Of a DNA stretch of 64,000 bases, positions 1 to 13,400 are shown piece after piece. Origin of the DNA: Iphione sp. A-MEVVRFRX5. Taxonomy: Eukaryota. The stretch spans positions 78,120,001 through 78,184,000 of the forward strand of contig OZ320317.1 of the NCBI GenBank assembly GCA_976226885.1. The letters are read 5' to 3'. The first letter of the stretch is position 1. Each line of letters starts with the position of its first letter. The notes below the pieces were generated by a model that saw only the letters and a list, made by a program, of their open reading frames with translations, made no database searches and was not told where the DNA came from. The translations under genes and the position numbers were made by a program.

Positions 1-1825
1 TGCTTTAGGTAACCGCTTTTCTCTCCAAAAGTCGCTCTGGCAGTTTTGACTCTGGACCGCCTAGGGGAATATGTACGAATGCCTATTCGATAGCAGGTAG
101 TAAACGTATCATTAAATTTTCGTACGAAAGACCGAACACCTATTACAATGTACTGTGTTTTAAATTTAGACGCAGAGCAGCTTTATAAGGTTAATGTCAA
201 CGATAGTAGGTTTATTTCTAACCACAGAAGCTCCTCACTGAAAACCACTTAAGGGTCCCAAAGGGTCCCATGTCCAAATCAGACGTAGCAATGGTGTCTA
301 TATATATATGGCCTGATAACGTGAGATCGTACCTATCCTCGCACGGTTCTCTATCACTCCCGATCACGTGGTCTCTTCGAGCTTTCCTTATCTACCCCAA
401 GCCAAGGCGACCCGAGCCAAGATGGCTACCTTCCTCCACCTGAGCCCACTACCCACTGGTACAACCAAATCCACTTTACACCCACTACCATATGTGTATG
501 CCCACCAGCAGGCATTACCTCCTGAGCGCTAAAGTGGATCTGATGCTTTCCCATACCAGCCATGCAGGGTTAGGGTATGACGACATTGGTTACCATCTTG
601 TTCGCCCTAGCTTACACACATTAGCTTTCAGAAAGTTGGTTTTTTCCCCTCCCCGCTAGTTGGACGATTTCGTTACACGCTCCGTCCGTCTTCTCCGTGC
701 CGGAGGGAAAAGAAATCGCTCACAAGCAGGTGTTCCGTCCCATGGACTTTTTCAATGGAACGAGCATGTGAAGAGAGCTATGGTGGGTTGGAGGGGGGGG
801 CGAATGCGACGGGCGAGAGTGAGCCAACAGCAGAGAGGTTTTCTGAGGATTACGTTACTGGAGCAGGAATTGGAGTGGTTTTCGCCAAAATTCCTACCGT
901 CCTGTCCAACAAGTTTGTCCGCTTCACTTTAATCAACATTATCTCACACCACTCCTGCAGTCCCGACGCCTTTTGGAAATCACCATGGCAACGTGTCTTG
1001 AGGGTTCACGTTGCTCCCTCTTGCATGGTCGTATTCGACCGTGTTGCTGTGACCTGAGTTCGGTAACGTCTCAGCTGCCTACTTCCTCGACTGGGTTCAG
1101 TTTTGTAATTTTCGGGAGTGTCAGGTGCCCCCCCCCCCCCAAATGTGATTTACTGCGACAGTGATTTAACACCATCCCCGGCCACGGTTTTACACTCGTC
1201 GCCGGGGGGAGGTTTCAGTTGGGATTAACAGAACCTTTTATTGGATAATAAACACCTTAATGTCACGGTGATCACGGATTCCATTTGCAGTCAAAATTAC
1301 ATTGTAATTATGGATGTCAGAGTCATGTGCAGACGTATTCATATATGCTTACCATTCTAATTATTTAATCGGTCCAGTTTTGAATAGGATAATTTATCAT
1401 GGCTTTTAATCGGCCTCTGCTCTGCCAGTTCATATCTGACAGCATTCACTATGTCAAGTCAATAAAAATTAGGACTATCTGACAGAAAAGTCACAGTTAC
1501 TAACTTAAAAACCATCGCTTACCCACCGTACTTGTTTTGTCGCACATTAAACAACATCAATTCTCATTTCCCTGCATCTGCCATAACCACAGGAATCCCG
1601 AATAAACCTTTAATAGTGTTAAAGTAAAATAATCATTTGTTCATTGTAACAAGAGGACAAGCCACATGTTATATATATACACGCAAATATTTTTGAACAA
1701 AGCTAAAACTCTGTTGTGGCCTAATGCACGTTTTCCATGTACATGTACACATTATTTACGCACCTGCATATGCATGCAATTTTCTGTTTTGGATTGTTTT
1801 GTTGGACAATATTGACCCCGATTGA

Positions 1826-1850
1826 CCACCAGATGGCCACCAGGTGTCCA
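1826..1850 (+). promoter_or_regulatory. Tandem CTCF-like motifs
   Basis: CCACCAGATGGCCA overlapping CCACCAGGTGTCCA. Confidence 0.35.
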
Positions 1851-2999
1851 GGTTGATAGGAAATCTATGGCTTTCCCACATCCATTAGGGGAATAATCCA
1901 TCAAATCTAGATAGGTTTTCCTGCTTACAAATGTGTGTGTGATTTATGGACATATGGAAACAAATCAGTGTCTCACTATGTCCTGGGTTGTCTTGCATGT
2001 ACTGGATATGCACCCACGTGTGAGAATACGCGTGGAAAAAAACTGTCCTAGAGGTATGCCAATTAAGCTGAGCAGTGAAAGTCATGCCGATTATTCTCAA
2101 TGAATTCTCAGTCCAACCCACGAGGATCAGACCTATTAACAAGTTATGTGTTGTCTTTATATATCGCTGTCCTACTGACTCAACATTTACCTCAACAGTC
2201 TAAGCCAGGGAGTTGTTGGCAATACAATGTATATTCAGTATTTACACAGAATGAAATACACTTTGACTCTTTTTACCAGATAACGTGCATCCATTCTAAA
2301 GGCGTAACCAAAGGCTGTCTTTAGTAATTCTTAGAATGTATCACACATACCTGTCCACAATTTTCTTGTCGTACTGCTATTTGACTTTCCAAGTAAAGGA
2401 ACTAAAATAATATTGAGGCATGTGTTTCGGCTGCCAACGGGCAGGGTTTATCGATCTGGAAAGAGCGTACAAGGGAAGTGAAGATATCAGTATATCTCGT
2501 AGGATGCGTGCAAGTGGGCCAGACTGCCGTTTGGTCGAGCACGCCAGGGACGGTCGAGACTGCTGTCTTCAGTACATCAGATGTGGATGTTTCTGCCGGG
2601 CCGCCATGACTGAAACGGCTCGTGGCAGATTACATTTAAGTCATGCTGAGAGACACAGATCAATATACTTTGTCTCCAGCCGTTCGTCAGCCCTCAGATC
2701 CCGCCCGTGATCCATCTAAAATGTCCACAAAAAACAAAATTTACGGTACATGTAATCATATATGATGTATGAGGATGGGGGGGGGAGGAAGAACTAACGG
2801 CGAGACATCAGGTGCATACAAATTTTGAGAGACTGCGCCCTGTAGAAGAACTGCGATCCTATTGCCAAACAAAACGTGACTTTGGTTTGATTGCGTTACC
2901 GATAATACGACCTCCTTTGAATACATAGCTATTGACGTGGCTGTTTGGGTGCAATGCCTTTCTGCCAGCGGCTAAGGTCAAACTAGGGAAGGAAAGTAC

Positions 3000-3560
3000 A
3001 GAATATTTAGTCGGTGGCCTACCACTTTCTCATCTAGAGTCCATGTTCCCAAGCAGAATTACTGTGGGTACACAAGAAATGGGAAAATTGATCCTGGCAA
3101 TTTCCTCTATGGTTAGAGAGAGACTAGGTTGGAGCCATGAGCAAGGTGAGTATGGGCAGTGCGACGTTAGGGTCGTAGCTGGAGTCATATAGGAGATTAG
3201 AAGGTACAGTGTACTATTGTGGTATGTTGAAGTAATGCAGGAGGTGAGTCTCGGAGAAAAGGCAATGTTCATAATCCACCCGAGTAATAGTTGAGGGGTA
3301 TATCGCCAAGATCGTGTGAAGGGGCAACTGAAAAATAAAATGTACGAGCTGAGTCTGGTCAGTGCAGTATTTCTGGTGGTCATTTTTGCCAAGGTGGTGT
3401 TGAGGAAGCTGGAATAATGTTAGACATCAAAATTGTCAAGGTAGCATTAAGGAATATGCGCACCAACAATGTGGTAATATCTACTTCTGTATCATGTTAT
3501 ATCTTCAGGCAAACCCTTCTAGCAGTCAATTGTTTGTTGTTAGAGATCGGGGGAATTCTA
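3000..3560 (-). mobile_element. Decayed Penelope-like retroelement RT fragment
   Basis: Minus-strand frameshifted pieces in the expected order: V(W)L-RY (degraded YIDD region), IFLN, SFLNTTL, CTDQ (KPTD-like), SC-PLHT, AIYPS (SIPYS-like). Confidence 0.5.
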
Positions 3561-4559
3561 GAAGCTCTATGTTGCATATTTCGTATACTAAGAATTGAAT
3601 AGGTGATGTCTACCAATGAATTCTGTCTCTCCAGTGTTTGTTCCTTGAGTATGATGCAGTGTGTAGACCAGTGCCAGTCGGAACGGCCGGTGTAACTTAT
3701 CACTATACAGACTACAGTTACGTAAGGTTATGTTATTTAAACTAAGGGAAATATGCTGTTAAACAGCACTAACGAAACAGTACTTTTTATATGCATGTAC
3801 ATAGCCGGTTTACCTATTTATTGGCCAATAAAACTTGATACAAAATATAAGCTAGTGAGTGCCTTAAATGTGTGAAAGCTTTATTTTACCTAGTTTTCAC
3901 TCATGACGTCAGATGATGGCTAGCGACTAGCTCAGGAGACAGGACCATATCCAGAAGCAAACACTTCCAGTCACTGTCCATACGCTACTTTTATTTTGAG
4001 TATCTGCACCAATAGGAGGGAGATAGGGTTAAGGCCCATCAACATGCTCATCCCCCAGGTCCCATTCTGTGGACTAACCGTGATCACTGTCTTTCTCTGA
4101 TAAGTCCATTTCCCCCCTTCTGCTGGGCTGTCTAATCTGCTCAGAGGCAGGCGTAGGGATATCGCCGGCCGTTGAGCTCTCCTAACCGGAGGCTAGATTG
4201 GCAGCTTCCTGCCGACTGTGTATACTTGTGATTAGTCTCCTTCCATTGCTGTTTAATTTCGCTCATCTTTCCCCGCGCTCATCTTCTATTGCTCCTGAAT
4301 AGAACCTTAGCTTTGCTCCTATTTTCATGACCTCTGGATAAGCATCCCATTCACTTCCTTTTCCCCGAACATTTAAAGGATTTGTTATGGTTAGCAAATT
4401 GTGCTTCGATCGCTGCCTATAGTTGCCGCTCTGCTCAGTTGTCTAAACTTGGAATATTAGGCTCCTATCCAGGACAATAAGATCGGATCGCTGCTGTTTA
4501 GGTAAACCCTTAATTATCTTCTAATTTTCTTTTTTGGAAAACAATATATCACATCAAAA

Positions 4560-4989
4560 GTATGTTTCAGTCATATGAAAATGTCTTTTGCTAATGCCTT
4601 ACATGATCATATATTAATTGTTTCATAGGTGAGTTGCTTGCCCCCATACTATGTATTTGATTTTAGATTTTCTTATGACAGAATAATTGCAGTTAACGTA
4701 TTTTACCACTTAACCCAGAGTCGTCTAACACTGTGTATATGTGTGTTTCTATCTGTAGACCTAGTCTGATTTGTAGTATGTTTCAGTCATACGGGAATGT
4801 TATTTATGCCTCGTATGACCGTATATGAATCCTTTCATAGGTCAGGCTGTGAGCTGCTTGCACCAATGCGTTATATTGGTTATAAAATTTTCTTATAACA
4901 GAGTAATTGAAGTTAATGTATTCTACCATATATACAGCCGATCATCTATCGCTGTGTGCATGCGTGTTTATATCTGTAGGCCTAGTCTG
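4560..4989. repeat. Diverged tandem duplication, two units of about 215 bp
   Basis: Units start GTATGTTTCAGTCATA at 4560 and 4776 and share TTTCATAGGT, TTTTCTTAT.ACAGA.TAATTG.AGTTAA.GTATT and ATCTGTAG.CCTAGTCTG. Confidence 0.9.
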
Positions 4990-7282
4990 CTTAGAGGGAG
5001 AGCTGGGTGGTTGAGCTGCTCGAGGGGCTAACATAGTAACCCCCTTACTCAATCCGCAACCCTCACACGTTAGGCCTACATCGATCCGGTCTCATTCATG
5101 AAATGAAAGCCCTCCAACTCGGTTAACCCCCGAGTTCAGGTGGTCGCCTATGGGTGGCGCTGGCGAATGTTGCGATTGCAGCGACACCATCGGCGGAGAT
5201 GAGAACTAACGCCCGCCGCCGCCCTGGTGCGTGCGCACGCTACCAATGGAGAAACCCCGGTTACAATTTGACCGAAGGAAGTGTGTGGGTCGATATAAGC
5301 GCAGGAACGTACTTATATGTGCGTGCGTTTGTGTGTATGTAAGGGTGTGGTTGTCTTTGGTAGGGTGTCTGCTATTAGAGGGACTGGCCCGGCGTGGAAT
5401 GGTGTGTTTACTTTCCTCGTATTGACGTGCAAGCCCGGGGTAGGGATAGCCGAGATGAGATCAAGAAACACTGCCAATACCAGGCAGGCTCCCCAAGAAG
5501 GCCCAGAATCGGTCTTTACTCCCTTATTCAATTAAGCTCTGTTCTTGGGTGGACTTTCGCATGACTTGCCAGCGTTCCCCCAAACATTATAAAGCAAAAG
5601 ACGACATTTGAACTACTAATATCACGTAAATTACAGCACCCTTTACCAGGTAAGAAGGGAGTCTACTGAGGGAAAAGTGGGCTAAAGGACGGGAAGAATA
5701 AGATGGTCTAGTTTAAAAATGGTGGCGTTTATGACTTTTGTTATTCTGAGGAATATAAAATTTATTGCATTTAGACAGCTCAGGTAAATAGAAAAAAAAT
5801 ATACTCTGTACATCAGCATGTGAAAAATGCGATATAGCTAAGACTATTTACTGTAAAAGCTTTCATTCGTTTAAGTAAAGCCTATACTGATTTTTTTTTC
5901 CGCGCACGCTACTATTTAAAGGCCGCCACCAACTATGATGACACGTTTCTTTGCACCATTTAACACGATAAGCAATCGACTTATCTTAATGACCCTCTCC
6001 CACAGACTTAGGCAGTGATTGGAATCTAATTGACTTAACACGTCTCATTGAGCCACCGTACTGCACCCTCTTATTTCTGGCTGATATTTCCAGTTTTTTT
6101 CCCAGGAAACTCTATAGGCTATCAGTCATTCTAAGTTGCTACTGAAACAGCCTATCTGCTATGATGATTGCTATTCTTTTACTTTTTAAAATTTGTCCTT
6201 GGGTTGATGTTAAAAGTATTAAACAATTAGTCGTAGTAGTAATACATTGTGAATAGAATATTCGAGTCCAACCGATATGTCATGAGGAGTGTCTCCGTTG
6301 AAAACAGTGACAACAAATAAAAAGTGAAATACGGCATATACATGTGCTTTGTAGAAGACAGATGGTTTGGTGACTAAAAAGAGGCAGATTTCAAGTGAGA
6401 TTAATTCAATATGTCAGCACTGGACAATAAAAATTTGTTGATTAAAACGTAGTCGAGGCAAGAACAGGTGGATTATTAGCAAGTAGTTAAACGGGTCATG
6501 GCTGTGCGCCTAATGCTGCTTGCCTCTCACCCATCTACTTTCTCTAAGCTTCCCTTTGCCTTCAGTCATACGAGACTCCCTCCATCATGGAAGACAACAT
6601 TGGGTTGCTACATACCAAGGTACCCCAGCTAAATCAGACGACCACCTCAACGTTTCCCAGATACCTGTCAGTCGGTGCTATGGGCAATGAATCATCGCAA
6701 ACATAGCTCTCTGTTATTGATCAATACCCACAGCTGTATATGAGGTCTCCCTCTCAGACCTTTCCTGCTGGTTGATTATCGACCCATTCGCATATGGCTC
6801 CCGCTGATGCAGTACGAGGAGCAGCAAGTCGCTGAGAATTGTCCTTCTCAGTCAAAAGGAGGAACTTCTGACATCAAGGGGATGTTGTCAAGCAGAGTCA
6901 TATTATGATATACAATAACCCTAAGCTTATTTTCTCTTAGTCACTTCTGTGTCCCAGATTCAAAAGTCAACGTTCAATGACCTTTTATTCTTGTGGTTAA
7001 TCTGAAGCACTACATCAACAATGCACTATCTCCAACAATAAAAGTTAAAGTGCTCCGAGAGGTATATATTCCAGAAGGTTTCGAAAAAAACATTTATGAC
7101 CACAACACAAAAAAGATATACCATTTCTAATCATCTTTCTACTGTTGATTTCAGACAATGTGGGATTATAATTAGAATTATCCCATCACATTCGGTATAC
7201 ATTTACACCCTATAAGTAGTCAATACGACTTGTTCTTATGTAGATCCGTTTGTTTAAACGCACTGTCATCTGTCTCCGCCAG

Positions 7283-7491
7283 GTATGGGAAAGCCAAGAT
7301 CTACACGTACATCGGCGAGGTGGTGGTTTCAGTCAACCCGTACCGCTCGCTCGACATCTACGACAAGCGCCATGTCGACGACTACAAGGGACGCGAGATC
7401 TATGAACGACCCCCTCACATCTTCGCCATCGCTGACGCCTCCTACAAGGCCATGAAGCGACGCTCCAAGGACACCTGCATCGTCATCTCAG
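7283..7491 (+). CDS. MYO1D: Myosin exon (209 nt): [20 protein letters not shown]...[10 protein letters not shown]
   Basis: ccgccag acceptor, G|gtacgt donor; phase 2 to phase 1. Confidence 0.97.
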
Positions 7492-10400
7492 GTACGTGTT
7501 TGTTCGTCCCTGCGTGCACGTCGCCGGGAAATGATATTTTAGGTGGGGGTGCGCTCGATCTCCAGCCCTTAAACCCGCTGGAGCTCCCCCTTCGCTCCAT
7601 GCTAGAGACATTTACCGGGTGCAGTCTGTGTCACTTGTCAGTTGCTTTCCGCAATGCAAGACTTTTTGAGGGCTGCCTAGATTTCAGGTGGTGAATCCTG
7701 TCAACTGCTGTACAAAAAAAACTCCGTTCACATTGGGAGCTTAGAAAACCGATAAACTTACATCCGATATTGTGTCTCCTTTGGGGTACATGTTGAATCA
7801 AGGATGTTTGTTCCTGTAAACCGTTTTTATAGTGCCATGATTTTCCGAATACCATATCTAGAAACTGTCGCCTTCCACGCGATTGTTAAAGTGGCATTAT
7901 TTTCGAATAAACTGTATCTACTCCTGATTCATCAGAACCCTCCGCACGCAGACCCCACCTAAGTCACAGAAATAATATCGTTTCAGTTAGCTTCCCCATC
8001 TGTCACTTTGAAAATGCCGAAGCACCGAACTTATGGCAGTCAAAAATGACTATTGTTAATAAATCTTGGTATACATTTATAGATTGTTTCTTTAATATTA
8101 ACAAAGCTTCTGACCGAGTGACAAATTTCTACATAAGGGCATCACGCCATGGATACGAATCAAATACAAATTAAATCTATCTACTACGAAGAAAGTCAAT
8201 TTAATGACCTAAATCAATCAGAAGGACACCTATCTGAGAGCATGTGATTGATAACGATGTTTTATACGGTCAGATTAAACATATGGTTGGGGAAGCCAAT
8301 TTTGGGTAAGTCAATTGATTAAATCATTTTTAAAAAGTTAATTTTACAAATACAACTTAAAAAGATGTGTCTGTGTCACATCCCTGATTGGAGAAACCAT
8401 TCACGACATTGTTTAATGTTTCGGATTGATTTTCCGCACTGTGCCCTCTCGGTCATTCCAAGGTTTTCATAAGGCACGTGAGTTTTTAACAAACATTTTA
8501 AGTCTTCTCTCAATTTTAAAAAACAAACTTGTAAAAAAGGATGGAAATAGGAAGACGCCCTCTATCGGCTGTAGTCGGAAGAGCAGTTAATAGCAAATCC
8601 AACCAATTGGAGAGGGTGCAAGAGAGAGTGCATGCACAGCATAGTTTTGATCAAAGAAGAGTAGCGATTTAACTTCATAGTAGTGGAATTAAATGTCCTG
8701 TGTTTCAGGCACAGGGGAGGGGGTTTCATTCAGATATGGCGTGAAGGAGCACGATAGGACGAGAATATGAATCATATTTAAATTAATCCTGACCGATTCC
8801 CAGGGAAACTTTAGGGAAACCATCCCCCGTGTAAGAGCCGCTTCAGATCAGGGATGCTCAAAGGGAGGACATATAGATGCAAATATCCATACAGATCAAA
8901 CTGACTGCAACCTGATTTGTTATCAAGTTAAAAGAGACAGCCAGCGAAATATGATTATCCTAGGGTGCCTTGTAAGGATATAATGGGCTCTGCACTCAAG
9001 CTTTATTGCCGGTGACTGTGAATTATATTAATTAATTACCCTGTAAGTAAAATGCGCCGACAGGAAATCGTATGCCAAACTGCAGAGGATCTCGCCCACT
9101 TTGAGAAGAACAACAAGTGCGACACATTTAATATAATTAATATTCTAAAACCAACCCGCGGGAGAGAGGAGGGGCCATCGGCCGCCATCCATGGCCGGTG
9201 ACTACGTCCGATTCTGGCAGCTTTCCCATTAACAAGACACGAAATTTGATCCTCTTAATATTGATCGCCTGAAAACAAATTATTTTCATCTTTGATTTTA
9301 AAATTAACGTACAGATACAGATGTTTTCGTGCTCTCAAACAGATCCTTTTACTTGTAAATGTTCATTGATGCGGGAATCCAGGGGCTAGTTTAAACGTTG
9401 GGGAGAACCTCTGTTAAATTAAGCAAACATCCTCTTGTACTGAGCATTAACACTGTTATAATCTTCAATTATTGTCCTTGTACTGAATTGTTTGTTACCA
9501 ATCCCTCGAATACACTGGTATCCAATAGATTTCCTTCTCCCATATTTCGCGCAGGATATTTATCATTCATGCTGCACGAATACTGTCAAGGACATTCTCT
9601 GATGGATTAATTTCTTTAAAATTGGAAATGTCCTCACTATAGATATCAATTTTCTCCCAACCTTGGCTGACCCTGTTCCATCTGAGCAGACAAAGTCGTT
9701 TTCATGGAAAGCGTCTGGTACGTTGTATTGATTTATGTATCCACTGCATGAAAGGGTCTTTATGTCGATTAGTTATTCTCGTAAAACTAAAGTGAGTGGC
9801 ATTAAGTGTTACTGAAGGAAGAATACATTTTATACACCTACTGGCACATAATCAATGGTACAGGGATATTCTTTATTCATACAGTAATCTGTCTCATTAG
9901 GGGGCATATAATCAATATCCAATTACCAGGGATAGAGTCGCCTTTTTTCATATCAGATTACCTGCCCTTTTCTCTCGAAGGAGACGAATTAGTTTTGTTT
10001 CCACTCGGTCGGAAGGGACTGGCTGGAAGATAATTGTAATGAGGCAGCTTCTTATTAGCTTTTGTGGTCGGCTCCTTCCTGGCCACGGCAAGGGAATCGG
10101 AATCAAAGTGTCAGTGCTAATTAAGCGGGTCAAGGAGGATCTATCCTCATCGGGCTACTGCTAACAGGCTGACTGTTAACAGTTCTGTCCAACAGTAATC
10201 GATAGCTGACTTAGTCGCCTGGCGGCAGTCGTTCATGCTCTCGCCGCCTGTGAATCCCATTAGGCCTTTTTGGGGATAATGCATCCTTAATGCCACAGAA
10301 ACCACACCAGGTAAGGTCACCACCGTACAAATGACCACAACCTCACTGCTTTCTCCTTGGACGGGAATTATCAAGTTGATTAAATCATTGTCACATTTAC

Positions 10401-13400
10401 ACTTTATTCTCAAAATTTAATTTCGGTTTTCTCCTCTGCAATTTCTGGTATTGTGTCTATGGAATATTCATAAAGCAGGCTCCAAATATACATTTATTCC
10501 ATCTCTACGCAGTAAAATTAGACTTTTTTTAATTATTGCAATATAGTATTGGTTATGATGTCAATTAGTTAGAAACCTTATGTCATCTAGTCAGCATTTT
10601 TTACAAACCTGTCATAGTTCAATGTACATTACTTGTATTGTCAGAGAAGGAATAAGAAAATTGTAGAAAGGGAAGGTAAAACACCAAAAATGAAATACCA
10701 AGGTGAAGACATGGAATGCCGTTGCAGAATTTAAAGGGCAAAGGCAACGATTTATCAGTGGGTCCACCTCTGGCGGTAGCATAATAATGGAATATATTTC
10801 CTCAGTATCTGTTTTCAGTATCATCTTGTAAATGAAAAAATATCATTACGGCGCTGGTAAGAAAGAGGAATACAATCAAGGAAAAAGCGAACAAATTGTG
10901 CCAATAGCCATGTACAGGTTGGTCGACTGAGCTCGTCTTGCAACAGGTCCTATCTTATCGTGAAGAGATCCCATCCTTGGGGAAGCCCAGAGAGGCAGTA
11001 CATTTATGAGTTGAGAGGCCTGAGCCTGTCTAGTCATGACATTATGGCTGATTCTCCGGATGTCTGGGAGACCACTGCCAAGATTAATCCACTTAAGAGA
11101 CATTGACTCGCATAGACTACACAAGACTCCTCTGTGGTGCTCCCAGCATCTACTGCCAGATCGATCTCGTCACGAGCGTAGCCCCTAGTCATGTCAATCA
11201 TGATATTTACCAATAATCTATCCACTGTCGAAGGGCACCGCAACCACCAGTAGTTATATGCTCAGGAGTGAAGATAGTGTCCTTTCTTTGTGAGTTGCTG
11301 AATATCCTAGGGTGGCAGCCTTTTTCACTTGTTGATTGAATGACCTGAGTCACGCCATTGCGTTTTGCACTCGGTGTGAGGCTGTTACAGTATATCGTGC
11401 CATCGGCAAGAAAAGGCCTTCAACCTTTCATGGGTCAGCGTACGGAGAGGGAGGTCCTATTTGAGTGGGCAAGAAAAGTGTCTCACGGAGCTTGTAACTA
11501 ACAATATGGCTAAGGACTTAGGAGACACCCCATGGTGCAAGCATGCGGAGCTTGTTTATTAGTAGGCCTGGCTCGGGTGGTTGTCAAACAGCCCACGTCT
11601 TAGGCTTTTAGCACCAATCTACTTCATTTTCCTCCCTCCCCTCTACCTTCTTTCCCCCTCTGCTCCTCTCGCTATCACTCTTCCCTCACCCATCTCTGTT
11701 GCTTTTCCTTGTCCTCTTACAGTTTCCTTCTCCCTATCATCCTTTTCACAGTGCGTTTTCTCTGCCGTCTTAGTATCTTTATTCCCCTCTCCGTCTGTCC
11801 CTTTCTCTTTTCCCCAATCGACCCTCATTGAGTTCTTTTTCTCTTCTGGAGGTTCTCTCTCTCCTCCTCTCTCTCTCCTTCTCTCTTGCTCCCTCCACTT
11901 AATGTACTTCTACATGACCTGGCATCGTTCATCCTATTTCTTGCACCGAATGTCAGTCTCTTTTCGCCTGTCTCCTCTAATTCAGAAGTGAGTCCGTCGT
12001 TCCTTCGGATTACCAGCCCCGTGGATAGAAGGAGCCGACGTGTAGTCCCTCCATTAGCTTCAATTTGTCCTTCTCCGCGGACATCCCCGTTTGTATCCTC
12101 TCTTAATGCGCCCGATTGAGAACACATTTCTGATTGTGTGCGATGTAATGGAAGCTGATCTTTTTTATAGCTTCGCACTTTTTTCCGATTACGATGCCGA
12201 ATTTCTAACAAATAGAACTTTTTGCCATCGAAGTAGAAATACGTTCAGACTCGGGATCATCGAATCGCCCTTCAAATGTCGGACTGCCACCAGCTCAATA
12301 TGGCCATAACGAGAGCTGATCCTATCTGCTCTAACCCCCGTGGCTTTGTCGGTAGCGCTGTCGGCGAGGATGCGAGGCGCTCACGTTAGCTCTTTATCGG
12401 CTCCAGGCGGCGGATGAAGTTGTCCAAATTGCCCTTCAGCGAGTTAGCCCTCTAGTAGTTGTGGTCGAGTGAGGTGGATATTTGGCCTGGAGGTGCCATG
12501 GAAGGGGTAGTTGTGTGGTGACGGCAGTGGTGGTGATGATAATGATGGCCACGGTGGTTTGCCACAGCATTTGGAGAGGAGGTGTACGACGGAAGCCACG
12601 CTCCTCTCTAACTGAGGCCGGCGTTCTCTCCGTGACAGTAGACGCAGAAGACCGAGAGGGAGAGAGTAAGTTCGGTGTGATATTCGTCCTGAACATGCAC
12701 AGGGCAGAGGGAAAAAACTGGTCATTGGTCTCTCATGGGAGAGAGTGGTATCACACGTGGGATTACGAGGAGACATGACAGTTGGTTGAGTTATACATGA
12801 AACGCTGTACATCGTCGTGATAGTGAGAGGTGTAGATCCCCTCCTTTTGAAGGAATTTTGCTGAGCCGCCGTTTGCCTATGGACAATCTGCTTCGGTGTC
12901 CCTGTGGAAATACTCTCTCGTACTAGAGGTCTTTCTTTCCTCTCTATCTATCCTCAGCTGCCTTAAAGGAATTAAAAAGTCCCCCGTCCCTCATAACGTA
13001 CTTGCTTCGAAGTCTCCAAAGCTACGTTTTCAATTTTTTCGGGCCATTTTGAACATCTCCCTCTGGACGCTCTCCCTTATCATCATGGAAAGAAAACAAA
13101 GGTTGCCAAGGCGACAGACATAAGAGTGCGGCCGCAGAGAGTCGCCTCGAGCGGCTCTCGTCGCCCCACCACCAGATGTCGCATGGCAGTTGCAGGCTCG
13201 TCCTTCAGTGGAGATACGGAGGCGGCGGGTACTGAGGCATAACAGCCAGCAGGACCTGTAGCAGGGGCTTGGGGACCCACAGAGCACAGTGTACTTAAGA
13301 GTGGAAGATTGCATCCGTGGAGGAATGGAACCTAATGTAGGATGGGAAGGGGAAATTAAAAGGACTTGTTGGTAGAGGAAGGCTAGCGCACGCATGATGA

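Noticed and set aside
660-932. ORF starting LDDFV as the missing myosin first exon
   Set aside because: No GxxDFVLL...NLxxR pattern and no suitable phase-2 donor; exon 1 is probably upstream of the window.
6566-6619. 54-nt frame-preserving cassette candidate (good acceptor, AAG|GTACCC)
   Set aside because: The donor is very weak, the peptide is not coding-like, and it would interrupt a conserved N-terminal helix.
11581-12211. Long ORFs in the CT/GA-rich tract
   Set aside because: Low-complexity artefacts with no recognisable domain.
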